From contig JAPNUR010000005.1 of the NCBI GenBank assembly GCA_026627385.1, positions 94,498 to 158,497 on the forward strand: DNA of 64,000 bases, written 5' to 3'. This document shows positions 35,078 to 43,405 of the stretch, in pieces. Source of the DNA: Bacillota bacterium. GTDB lineage: Bacteria; Bacillota; Sulfobacillia; Sulfobacillales; Sulfobacillaceae. The notes beneath the pieces are model-generated. The model did not search any database and had not been told where the DNA came from. It saw only the letters and a program-made list of their open reading frames with translations. The translations under genes were made by a program, and so were the position numbers. Position 1 is the stretch's first letter. Each line of letters opens with the position of its first letter.

Positions 35078-35532
35078 CCTTTAAGATCCTCCAACACCTG
35101 AAACACCGCGTCGTAATGAGCGCGGTTCCCCGCCTCAAATGCGGTGTTTTGATAAACCAGGCGATGTTGACGGTCTAACACAAACACCGAACGGCGCGCG
35201 ATGCCATGCGCCTGGTCAAGCACCCCATACGCCTGGGTGGTTTTCCGCATCCAGTCAGAGGCCAGTTCAAATGGCAAGCCGCCTAATGCCAATTTAAAAA
35301 TCTTCAACGCATAGACCTGGTCGCAGGACACAGCCACCAACGAACCGCCGGATTGTTGTATGCGATGATAGTCCGCCTTCCAGAGGACTAACTCTTGAGT
35401 TCACCCACCGGTGAACGCCAAAGGGTAAAACGCCACTACCAGCGGACCTTGCTCGACCTGCCTTGTGGACACAAATTCGCCCCCGCTGGTATCCGTCAGT
35501 TGGATAGTCGGAGCTACATCACCGAGATTCAC
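35074..35532 (-). CDS. Candidate selenoprotein: peroxiredoxin (AhpC/TSA-Bcp-like) with UGA (35403..35401) as codon 44 in place of the peroxidatic Cys
   Basis: The track shows only the C-terminal part (35074..35340). My reverse-complement reading of the same frame upstream gives (GTG)MNLGDVAPTIQLTDTSGGEFVSTRQVEQGPLVVAFYPLAFTGG-U-TQELVLWKADYHRIQQSGGSLVAVSCDQ... This matches the Prx consensus ..G..AP.F.L.D..G..V.L.....VVL.FYP.AFT..C..E. A G-rich SD (GGGGGGG) ends 5 nt before the GTG. A hairpin begins 10 nt after the UGA. Confidence 0.65.
35369..35390 (-). promoter_or_regulatory. SECIS-like hairpin downstream of the peroxiredoxin UGA
   Basis: mRNA sense: UAGUCC-U-CU-GGAA-GG-C-GGACUA. The outer stem is 6 bp and the inner stem has C-G and U-G pairs. 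The apical GGAA has G at +23/+24 from the U of UGA. Confidence 0.45.
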
Positions 35533-35611
35533 AATGACCCCCCCTGCTTTCTGGATCCTGGCATTCTGACTTCGTCGTCCTTCGTCCCCATCATATCACG
35601 CCCTAAACCGC

Positions 35612-36547
35612 TTACCGCTCATCCGCTGACCGAAATATGTTCGACAAATAGTTTCGCCCCGTATCGGGGCACAGAGCCACCACGTAACCCGCGCGCGTTA
35701 GCGTTCGTGCTTGATCTAACGCCACCTTGACAATCGCCCCCGACGAACCGCCGACCATGATCCCTTCTTGGCGCGCCAGTTCCCGTGTCATGTGAAAGGC
35801 CTCGTCATCCGTGACCGGCACCCAGCGATCGACCACCTCCTGGTCCAACGTTTCAGGTATGTAGTCTTCACCCATGCCTTCGATTTGAAAAGGCTTGACA
35901 GGCCCCGTAAAAATCGATCCGACGGGATCAGCGCCCACCACTTCAATCGACGGATCGCGTTCTTTCAAATAGCGGCCGATGCCGGTAATCGTACCTCCGG
36001 TTCCGGCGCCAGCGACGACCATCGCCAGCTGACCTCCGGTTGCCTCCCAGATTTCCGGTCCCGTCGTGGCGTAGTGGGCATCTGGATTGGCTGGCTGTTC
36101 AAATTGTCCCATGTAGGCGGCCCCAGGGATAGTCGAAGCTAACTCACGCGCCACGTTGTGATAGTGGTTGGGATCGTCGCGCCCGACGTCGGGAACCACT
36201 TTGACCGTCGCCCCATACGCTTGCAACAGCCGGATTTTGTCAACGCTCATTTTGTCGGGCACCACAAAAATGCTGCGATAACCTAACACGGCAGCGGCCT
36301 GCGCCAGCGCAATCCCGGTGTTGCCGGCCGTTGCCTCGACAATGGTCCCGCCAGGTGCTAACCGCCCCTGGGCTTCGGCCGCGCGAATGAGAGCGAGTCC
36401 TATCCGATCCTTAATGGACCCGCCAGGGTTGACGCTCTCCAATTTCACGAGCACGCGCGCGCGTTCCGAGCCGCCCACCCGATGGAGGCGGATGAGCGGG
36501 GTGTTCCCTATCACCTCCAGCACCGTATCGTAAATGCCTAACGCCAT
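35612..36547 (-). CDS. cysK: Cysteine synthase / cystathionine beta-synthase-family PLP enzyme
   Basis: Contains IGNTPLIRL, the PLP-lysine region LESVNPGGSIKDR, EATAGNTGIALA and GAGTGGTITG. Substrate specificity (CysK, CysM or CBS) cannot be decided by eye. Confidence 0.85.
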   Translation of the reverse strand: MALGIYDTVLEVIGNTPLIRLHRVGGSERARVLVKLESVNPGGSIKDRIGLALIRAAEAQGRLAPGGTIVEATAGNTGIALAQAAAVLGYRSIFVVPDKMSVDKIRLLQAYGATVKVVPDVGRDDPNHYHNVARELASTIPGAAYMGQFEQPANPDAHYATTGPEIWEATGGQLAMVVAGAGTGGTITGIGRYLKERDPSIEVVGADPVGSIFTGPVKPFQIEGMGEDYIPETLDQEVVDRWVPVTDDEAFHMTRELARQEGIMVGGSSGAIVKVALDQARTLTRAGYVVALCPDTGRNYLSNIFRSADER

Positions 36548-36795
36548 CTCGGCTCCCCCTTTTGGTTACCAGCATACCCTCGTGGCCAGTCATTAAGACT
36601 AGCCCTTATTCTATACTATTTGTTCATTGGGCCGCTTCAGGTCGACGCGACTCGCCCCCTCTTTCCTTTGCGTTGCCCAACGGAAAGGTTCTCCGCGTTT
36701 TGCAAGCTGTCCGGGAACATGGCATAATGCGCTATGATGGCTTTGACTGAAGAACGCGTCGCTGACACGCCTTGTCGTCGAAATGAGGGACCGCT

Positions 36796-37656
36796 GTGAC
36801 TGGATGGCTCATTACCCACGCCGACTGCCTGGACGGAGCAACGGCAGCCCTCGTCGCTGAGGCATCTGGTTTAACGCCTGTCTTTGTCGACCCTGACCGC
36901 GTTGAGGAGGGTCTCGCCACCGTGGGCGACGGCCCTTTATATCTCGCTGACGTCTCCCTCCCCGCGGTTAGATGGCCTATGTGGCGCGCAAAAATTACGC
37001 GACTCCTTGACCATCACCAATCGGCCCTGCCACTAGCAGGAGATCCCCAAGCCCTCATTGACCTCTCGCGTTCGGGAGCACACCTGTTTTACGATTTTGC
37101 CGTCCAGCGCGGCTGGCTTCATCCTACATCCGCCTGGGATCGGCTGTGCCTAGCAGTAGAACGCTACGATCTCTGGCTTCCTGGGCACGACTTCGGCCAA
37201 AATTTAAACCGCCTCTTTGTCCATTTTGGTTACGACTGGTACCGCCGCCGCTTTGCCCACGGGTGGGTCCCCTTCACCCCCGATGAGGCTGATCTGCTAG
37301 CCACCCTTGTGCGCCAAGATGCGCTCTTCGTTCAGACGCACCTAGAACGCGCCCAGCGATATCAAGGGCCGTCGGATTTACCCCTGTATGGCCTTCGCCT
37401 CGACACCGAAGGGCCCATCAACTTGGTTGCCCATGCACTGCTTCAACGCGGGGCCGCCCTGGTCTTTTTTGTCAAGCCTGACCTCACAGTGTCAGGCCGT
37501 AGCGACGGACGGGTCGATGCGGCCCGCTTGATGGAAACGTTGTTTCACGGCGGCGGCCATGCGCGCGCAGCCGGTGGCAGGCTCGGCCCCGACGATCCCA
37601 CTGAAATCCCGACACTCCTTCAGCGCATCGCCGATTATCTCACACGGAACTCGTAG
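36796..37656 (+). CDS. DHH-family phosphoesterase with DHHA1 domain (NrnB-like)
   Basis: The N-terminus is THADCLDGATAA (H.D.DG), there is a DHH motif LLDHHQS, and the C-terminus is GGGHARAAGG (DHHA1). Confidence 0.65.
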   Translation: MTGWLITHADCLDGATAALVAEASGLTPVFVDPDRVEEGLATVGDGPLYLADVSLPAVRWPMWRAKITRLLDHHQSALPLAGDPQALIDLSRSGAHLFYDFAVQRGWLHPTSAWDRLCLAVERYDLWLPGHDFGQNLNRLFVHFGYDWYRRRFAHGWVPFTPDEADLLATLVRQDALFVQTHLERAQRYQGPSDLPLYGLRLDTEGPINLVAHALLQRGAALVFFVKPDLTVSGRSDGRVDAARLMETLFHGGGHARAAGGRLGPDDPTEIPTLLQRIADYLTRNS

Positions 37657-38644
37657 CTGGAGAGACAGCCATCACGATTTTTCCAATGTTTTGGTTTGAC
37701 GCCATATACCGGTGGGCATCGGCAACCTTATCCAACGAGTACACACGGTCAATGACAGGCTTGACCCGACCGTTGGCCAACAGCGGCCATGCTTCCCGCA
37801 AAAATTGCTGGACAAGTGCCATTTTCCGCTCAATCGGCCGCGATCTGAGCGCCGTGCCTTGTATGCGGAGCCGACGCCCGAGCACCAGCCCTAAATTGAG
37901 GCGACCCTCACTCCCGCTTAAGGTTCCGATCACCACCAAAGTGCCATCGGGGGCTAGCGCCTCAATGTTGGCCTCAAGGTACTGTTGACCGACAAAGTCC
38001 AAGATGACGTCAACGCCGCGGTTCTGGGTGACACGCTGAACGACCGGCAAAAAGGGCTCTTGGCGGTAATTGACCACAACGTCCGCTCCAAACGCCCGGG
38101 CAGCCTCCTCCTTCAATTGCGAGCCCACGGTGGCGATAACCAGCATGCCCCCCTCGTGAGCCAGTTGTATGGCCGCCGACCCTACTCCAGACGCCCCCGC
38201 GTGCACCAAGACCGCATCGCCAGGCCGCGCCTCACCTTGGTTGTAGAGCGCATCAAAAGCGGTCAAAAACACCTCGGGTATGGCACTCGCCTCTTCCCAG
38301 CTCATGTTTTCGGGAATGGGCATCGTCAGCCGCTCGTGCGCCGCGACGTACTCGGCATAGCCCCCTTCGGCCAACAGCGCCATCACGCGGTCGCCCGGTT
38401 GAAAAAGGGTGACGCGCTCTCCGACAGCCTCGACTTCCCCACTTGCTTCGAGGCCCGGCACTTGATAGGCGCCCATCTTGCCAGGGGGCGGATAACGCCC
38501 TTGGCGCTGTACCAAGTCCGCCCGGTTTAGCGCCGTGGCGTGGACGCGAATGAGCACTTCGTCAGGACCCGTCCGCGGCTTCGGGATATCCCGCATCGTC
38601 AACACCTCGGGTCCACCATACTGTTCTAAAACAATCGCTCGCAT
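37640..38644 (-). CDS. NAD(P)H:quinone oxidoreductase (zeta-crystallin/PIG3 type, MDR superfamily)
   Basis: The internal start MRAIVLEQYGGPEVL is the canonical N-terminus. Also contains NRADLVQRQGRYPPP and VLVHAGASGVGSAAIQLA. Confidence 0.9.
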   Translation of the reverse strand: MRAIVLEQYGGPEVLTMRDIPKPRTGPDEVLIRVHATALNRADLVQRQGRYPPPGKMGAYQVPGLEASGEVEAVGERVTLFQPGDRVMALLAEGGYAEYVAAHERLTMPIPENMSWEEASAIPEVFLTAFDALYNQGEARPGDAVLVHAGASGVGSAAIQLAHEGGMLVIATVGSQLKEEAARAFGADVVVNYRQEPFLPVVQRVTQNRGVDVILDFVGQQYLEANIEALAPDGTLVVIGTLSGSEGRLNLGLVLGRRLRIQGTALRSRPIERKMALVQQFLREAWPLLANGRVKPVIDRVYSLDKVADAHRYMASNQNIGKIVMAVSPATSSV

Positions 38645-38824
38645 CAGCGTCACCTCGTGATAGATCGCGGTTCTTCCCAGGTTATTGTGAAAGATTGGTC
38701 GGAGGCAATCAAGCGAAAGTGGCCACCGGCTTGACATCTTTCAACACATGGCGTAGGAATTTTCAGTAGGACATGGCGGGCTGAGAGCCCCGTCAGACGA
38801 GGAGGGACCATCCTGAAAAGAGAT

Positions 38825-39511
38825 TTGTGGATCTGGATGAGTACGGCGATGTTGTTGTTCGCAACGGGATGCGGCACGTTAACCAGCCAAGCCGCGGGAT
38901 CTCCCAAGCCGAAACCGCACCCGGTCAGCCCCTCTCCGACCGTGCGCCGTTGGAACTCTCCGCCGCCCTTGACCATTAATCGGCGCGACCAATATGAGGC
39001 CGTGGTACACACCACCGCCGGCACGTTTGTGATTGACCTTTTTGCCCAACAAGACCCCGTCGCGGTCAACAACTTTGTGTTTTTGGCCAAACAACACTTT
39101 TACGACCAAGACCAGTTCTTTCGGGTGCTGAAGTCATTTGTCATTCAGACTGGGGATCCGTTGAACAACGGCACTGGCGGACCCGGCTACACCTGGAAGG
39201 GCGAGTTGCCGGTGCCCTTTCCCTACCAACCTGGCATCGTAGCCATGGCGGTGAGTAATAACAATCCGAATACCAACGGCAGTCAGTTTTTCATTTGCAC
39301 GGGCCCTCAAAGCGAAGAACTCAACCAGGACCCGATTTACACGGAAGTGGGCCGCGTCGTCGGGGGATGGAGCACCATTGAAAAGATTGCGGACGGCGCT
39401 GTCACCGTCAATCCTTTAACGGGAGAAGACTCTAAGCCGCTTCACCCCTATGTCATCACATCCATCACCATTCAAACGCACCCTGCGCCGGCTGCACCTG
39501 CCGCTGGATGA
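38825..39511 (+). CDS. Cyclophilin-type peptidyl-prolyl cis-trans isomerase, lipoprotein
   Basis: Contains a lipobox LFATGCGT plus FFRVLKSFVIQTGDP, GGPGYTW.GE and MA......NTNGSQFFI. Confidence 0.9.
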   Translation: MWIWMSTAMLLFATGCGTLTSQAAGSPKPKPHPVSPSPTVRRWNSPPPLTINRRDQYEAVVHTTAGTFVIDLFAQQDPVAVNNFVFLAKQHFYDQDQFFRVLKSFVIQTGDPLNNGTGGPGYTWKGELPVPFPYQPGIVAMAVSNNNPNTNGSQFFICTGPQSEELNQDPIYTEVGRVVGGWSTIEKIADGAVTVNPLTGEDSKPLHPYVITSITIQTHPAPAAPAAG

Positions 39512-40112
39512 GGTCGGGCCCCTGGTGACGCGGATGGTTCACACGCGTGGAAACCGGCCAGTACGTGAGCCGGTCGTCGGGCAGGCCCTGCCACGTCGCC
39601 ATCCACGCGAGGAGTCGGCTCGGGCTCTCGTGAAGCCAGGCCTTGGCCTCTTCGTGGTTGGCTAGGGCAGGCATGCGAGGGTGTAATCGCAGCAGTCCCT
39701 CGGACGCCGGTCGCGTCACGATCACCATCCCCTGCCCCGGTTCATATAGGCCCAGGGCCCAAAGCGGCATAGCATGAACCGCCGTGATGTAATGCGGTTG
39801 CCGCGTGGCAGCATCCCATTCGAAGTAGCCATTCATGGGGATAATGACGCGGCCGCGCTCCAAGAGCGGGCGAAAGGCTGCCCCGGCCTCTAGTGTTTCG
39901 AGGCGCGCGTTAATCCACAATCGCCGTCCCCGCTCAAGACCCCACAGCAACAGTTCCGCCCGTTCCCGATCCGCACCTATGGGCGTAATCGCGAGGGACG
40001 AAGTGGCCGGTGCCACGTTATAGCGCGGGGTCCAGTCCTTCACCCGCCAATCGGCTGGCCAATATTCCTCCCACGCAGTGCGCGGCCCATACTGGGCAAA
40101 TCGTCCACACAT
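39465..40112 (-). CDS. SOS-response-associated peptidase (SRAP/YedK family, abasic-site processing)
   Basis: The family requires an N-terminal Met-Cys. The internal start gives MCGRFAQYG... followed by YNVAPT and ..INARLET... The longer track ORF (to 40148) would bury the catalytic Cys2. Confidence 0.9.
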   Translation of the reverse strand: MCGRFAQYGPRTAWEEYWPADWRVKDWTPRYNVAPATSSLAITPIGADRERAELLLWGLERGRRLWINARLETLEAGAAFRPLLERGRVIIPMNGYFEWDAATRQPHYITAVHAMPLWALGLYEPGQGMVIVTRPASEGLLRLHPRMPALANHEEAKAWLHESPSRLLAWMATWQGLPDDRLTYWPVSTRVNHPRHQGPDLIQRQVQPAQGAFEW

Positions 40113-40254
40113 GCTCGTCACCTCGGGTCCATGATACACTAAGGACAATCTTACGGCGTCAATTCACCAGTCTAGACGGTGTCGGACAACGGGCATACTG
40201 ATGGTGGAGCTCTTTTCGAGGATCCCAATTTAGCCGGAGGAGGAGTTTCACAGC

Positions 40255-40980
40255 GTGGTGGAGACTTCGCTCAAACCAGGGTTTCGCGTCTTGCCGCTAA
40301 TCGTGCTATTAACCGTCTTCTTGTTAGGGGCCGGTTTTATTTGGTATTCCCTGGCCACCCATCCGGCGGTACGCTCGCGGGTGGATGTGCTCAACACCCG
40401 CCAACCCATGAACGTGTTGGTTGGGGTGCAAGGGACACCCTTAGACCCTGGCTTTCTCGGATTCATCGCAGTGGTCAAACCAAACAGCCGGGTGTTGACG
40501 GTAGTCCCCATTTCCGGCCTCACCCCCGTCCGCGTCGATAATCGGAAAGAGCCGCTTTACCAAGCGGTATCCGACGTCTCCGCTGCTCAGGCTACCCGTC
40601 TCGTGGCTCATGTGGCCCGCATTCCCATCAACCATTACTTTTACCTCAATGCCAACGACCTGATGTTAATTCTGCAGGCCCTCTATCAGCATTCCCCCAA
40701 TTGGCCCCCGCATCTCACCCCTTTGACGATGTTGGAAACGTTGGGGTATCCTAATGGACGCATAGAGACCGGTAAGGAGATGACGTTACTGCGAATTATG
40801 GTGGCGCAACTACCGCTGATTAATCCCATTCAAGCGAGTTCGCTATTGGCCATTCCCAAAACCGCCGTGACGAACCTGACAAGCTACCAACTCTTCTTGT
40901 TGGCCAATTATGTCCGAGGCGACCAGCTACACTTGGGTTCGCTCGCTCACCGGGCGCCGCGAAGGAGGTTCCATGGCTAG
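40255..40980 (+). CDS. Membrane-anchored LytR/CpsA/Psr (LCP)-like protein (distant)
   Basis: N-terminal TM helix, then NVLVGVQG...FIAVVKPNSRVLTVVPISGLTPV......LYQAV.......A..LV..V..IPINHYFYLN...L. This follows the LCP pattern N.L..G.D......D.......N......SIPRD.......KIN.A......V....G..I..Y. The similarity is weak. Confidence 0.45.
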   Translation: MVETSLKPGFRVLPLIVLLTVFLLGAGFIWYSLATHPAVRSRVDVLNTRQPMNVLVGVQGTPLDPGFLGFIAVVKPNSRVLTVVPISGLTPVRVDNRKEPLYQAVSDVSAAQATRLVAHVARIPINHYFYLNANDLMLILQALYQHSPNWPPHLTPLTMLETLGYPNGRIETGKEMTLLRIMVAQLPLINPIQASSLLAIPKTAVTNLTSYQLFLLANYVRGDQLHLGSLAHRAPRRRFHG

Positions 40981-42208
40981 AGATTGGAGCTTGGGTACCC
41001 ATTATCCAGTAGACGCCACCCCTCGCGTGGCGCGCCCCGAAGCCGCTGAGCGCGAATGGCCGCTGGTCAAGAGTGTGGCCTGGATATTTATCCTCTCGCG
41101 CCTTTTTTTCTTTGAAGTCGCCAGTTTAGCCTATATTTACCTCCCACACGCCTGGGTGGAGGCCCCCGAAGGCACCCTGCCACCATCCGGCAGCATCCTT
41201 TATCACATCACTGCTGGCCTCTGGGTCCATTGGGACGGCCTCTGGTACTTATCCATCGCCACCTATGGTTACCGCAACCGGCCCACGGCCACCGCCTTTT
41301 TCCCGCTGTACCCCCTCGCCATGAAGCTATTTGGCGGAGGCGTCATCAGCGGGATTGTGGTGTCGCTCCTCTGCTTTCTCCTCGCGTTGTGGTTTCTCGC
41401 CCGCCTGGTCACGCTGGAACTCGGGCCCCGCGTCGCCTGGTATACGCTGTTGGCGTTAGCCTTTTTTCCCACCGCTTTTTATTTAAATGCCGTGTACTCG
41501 GAATCGTTATTTTTAATGCTGGCCAGCGGATCGCTGTATTTCTTGCGCACCCGGCGCTATTGGCTAGCCGGGCCACTAGGCGCCCTGGCCACTCTGGTCT
41601 CCATGTACGGCATTTTGCTGGCGGTCCCCTTCTTTTGGTTCATCGGGCGCCGCGAAGGCTGGAGAATCGGGCGGTTGGCGCATGCGTTGTGGATGCCCTT
41701 GGGACTGTCAGGCTATATGGCATTTCTGGTCCCCCGTTTTGGCTATCCGTTAATTTTTGAAAAGGCGCAGTCAAACTGGGGGCGTCACTTCGAGTTCTTT
41801 GGGGTCACGTTATACCAAGCCTTCCAAAGTGCCCTGAAAGCCATGCCGTTAGACTTTCACTGGCATCAACTCTTTGCCCTGGGCGTCCCATCCACCACCC
41901 CTAGTAACTTTTTCAACCTCCTGTTTGGCCTAGGAGCTATTGCCCTCTTGGTGATGAGCTTCCGTCGCATCCCCTTTTATCTCTGGATTTACGCCTTGTT
42001 GGCCCTCCTCATCCCCTTTTCCTATCCAGCCAATGGCACCCCCCTCATGTCCATGCCGCGGTTGGTTCTCGAAGCATTCCCGTTGTTCATCGGTTTGGGC
42101 AGCATAATGGCCCGGGTTCCTTGGACCCGAGCCGCCTACTTTGTTCTCGCCGTGCCCGTCGGCATCATCCTAACCGCTCTCTTTGCGACGGCCCACTGGG
42201 TCGCCTAG
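40973..42208 (+). CDS. GT-C-fold integral-membrane glycosyltransferase (mannosyltransferase/PIG-V-like)
   Basis: About 11 predicted TM helices. The loop WDGLWYLSIATYGY......AFFPLYP is typical of this family. ATG at 40973 has GAAGGAGG upstream and overlaps the preceding gene by 8 nt. Confidence 0.6.
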   Translation: MARDWSLGTHYPVDATPRVARPEAAEREWPLVKSVAWIFILSRLFFFEVASLAYIYLPHAWVEAPEGTLPPSGSILYHITAGLWVHWDGLWYLSIATYGYRNRPTATAFFPLYPLAMKLFGGGVISGIVVSLLCFLLALWFLARLVTLELGPRVAWYTLLALAFFPTAFYLNAVYSESLFLMLASGSLYFLRTRRYWLAGPLGALATLVSMYGILLAVPFFWFIGRREGWRIGRLAHALWMPLGLSGYMAFLVPRFGYPLIFEKAQSNWGRHFEFFGVTLYQAFQSALKAMPLDFHWHQLFALGVPSTTPSNFFNLLFGLGAIALLVMSFRRIPFYLWIYALLALLIPFSYPANGTPLMSMPRLVLEAFPLFIGLGSIMARVPWTRAAYFVLAVPVGIILTALFATAHWVA

Positions 42209-42525
42209 TGGCCCCCGCAGCCGCAGCCAGCCGGGGCATTGGGATTAGAGATGTAAAACCCTTCCGACAAGGCCTCTTTCTTATAGTCAATAATGCTGCC
42301 GTCTAAAAGCGGCTGACTGTCTTGGTCCACCAAGAGCGTCAAGCCCGGCGCCGGCAGAACCTCGTCGTCCGCGTGACGTTCGGTTTCCCAGTGCATTTGG
42401 TAGCCAATGCGACCGCAGCCGCACGCCTGACCGGCGCTAATGCGGACGTAATCCGCCCGCTTGTCTTGACTTAACGCCTCGAACGCCTTTTCGGCCTCAG
42501 GCGTGATCGTCAGATTCACTGCCAC
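42205..42525 (-). CDS. HesB/IscA-family iron-sulfur cluster insertion protein
   Basis: 106 aa. Contains VRISAGQACGCG.IGY and the C-terminal F.I.NPNA...CGCG. Confidence 0.8.
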   Translation of the reverse strand: MAVNLTITPEAEKAFEALSQDKRADYVRISAGQACGCGRIGYQMHWETERHADDEVLPAPGLTLLVDQDSQPLLDGSIIDYKKEALSEGFYISNPNAPAGCGCGGH

Positions 42526-42549
42526 GGCAATCCCCCCTTACGCCCTATC

Positions 42550-43371
42550 CTAGACCACCCGACCACCTCTGTAAAGGCGCATCATGTTATGGGCAATCAG
42601 GAACAGCGACAACGCCGTGAGCGTTAAGGCTAACCCGTAGGACATGAGCCGTCGCCGAGAGGCCAGGCGGCCCGCTAGCGGCATCACTAACGTGCTGCCA
42701 AACAGGCCCCCGGCGCCGTAGACGGCGACGACGCGCCAATCGACCAACCCTTTGAGTGAGTAATGCAGCGCGGAGGCGAGGCCCAACGATCCGACAGACA
42801 CGACGGAGGAGCCCACCGCCGCACTGAGGGAGAGCCCTCCTAACATCATGCTCGGCAAGGCCAAAAAGCCCCCGCCAGTCCCAAACAGCCCGGCTAAAAT
42901 CCCGACCGTCAGCCCGCTTGGTACCACCCGCAACCACATCTGGCGCGACGGCAATGTGGATGCGGGTGGTGTGGCAGGCACGCTGACTAAGAACGTGGCG
43001 TTAAATAGCATCACCACGCCTAACAGCGTCAGCAATAGGTGCGACGGGAGATCATTTTGCAGTCGGCCTCCAATCATCACCCCAACCACCCCGGGCAGGG
43101 TAAAGGCTAACGCGTAAGACCAGGCCACGTGGCCGCGACGCGCGTGCATCACGGCGCTCAATATGGCCGTCAGAGCCACAGACACCGCGGTGGTCCCCAT
43201 GGCCAGGCGCACGCGCGTCAATCCCACGAGGCTCGTCATGATGGGAATAGCCACAATTGAGCCGCCCCCTCCGACTAAGCCAAATAGCGCCCCCGTTAAG
43301 AGACCGGCCAAGAGTGCCCAAACATTTTGCCATATCGTCAAATGTGGCATTTTTGACCAATCCCTCCTCAC
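42550..43371 (-). CDS. TauE/SafE-family anion (sulfite/organosulfonate) exporter
   Basis: 273 aa, about 8 TM helices, with the duplicated G.GGG....P motif (GLVGGGGSIVAIP and GLFGTGGGFLALP). Confidence 0.8.
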   Translation of the reverse strand: MRRDWSKMPHLTIWQNVWALLAGLLTGALFGLVGGGGSIVAIPIMTSLVGLTRVRLAMGTTAVSVALTAILSAVMHARRGHVAWSYALAFTLPGVVGVMIGGRLQNDLPSHLLLTLLGVVMLFNATFLVSVPATPPASTLPSRQMWLRVVPSGLTVGILAGLFGTGGGFLALPSMMLGGLSLSAAVGSSVVSVGSLGLASALHYSLKGLVDWRVVAVYGAGGLFGSTLVMPLAGRLASRRRLMSYGLALTLTALSLFLIAHNMMRLYRGGRVV

Positions 43372-43405
43372 CCTTAGCCTGAGGTGAGAAGCGAGAAATT
43401 ATGCG

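Noticed and set aside
35395-35730. 111-aa plus-strand ORF
   Set aside because: It is antisense to the N-terminal half of the (Sec-)peroxiredoxin and to the 3' end of cysK. No motifs are present.
36548-36795. Possible SAM (S-box) riboswitch or T-box leader upstream of the cysK-like gene (GACUGGCC.. and ..GCUGGUAACC.. strings)
   Set aside because: Only short fragments resemble the S-box core. The conserved helices and pseudoknot elements and the T-box AGGGUGGUACCGCG motif are missing. Support is insufficient without a covariance-model scan.
42205-42525. HesB/IscA-like gene as another selenoprotein (HesB-like Sec proteins are known)
   Set aside because: The ORF is uninterrupted and the conserved positions are ordinary Cys codons (..GCGCGGH). 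There is no in-frame TGA.
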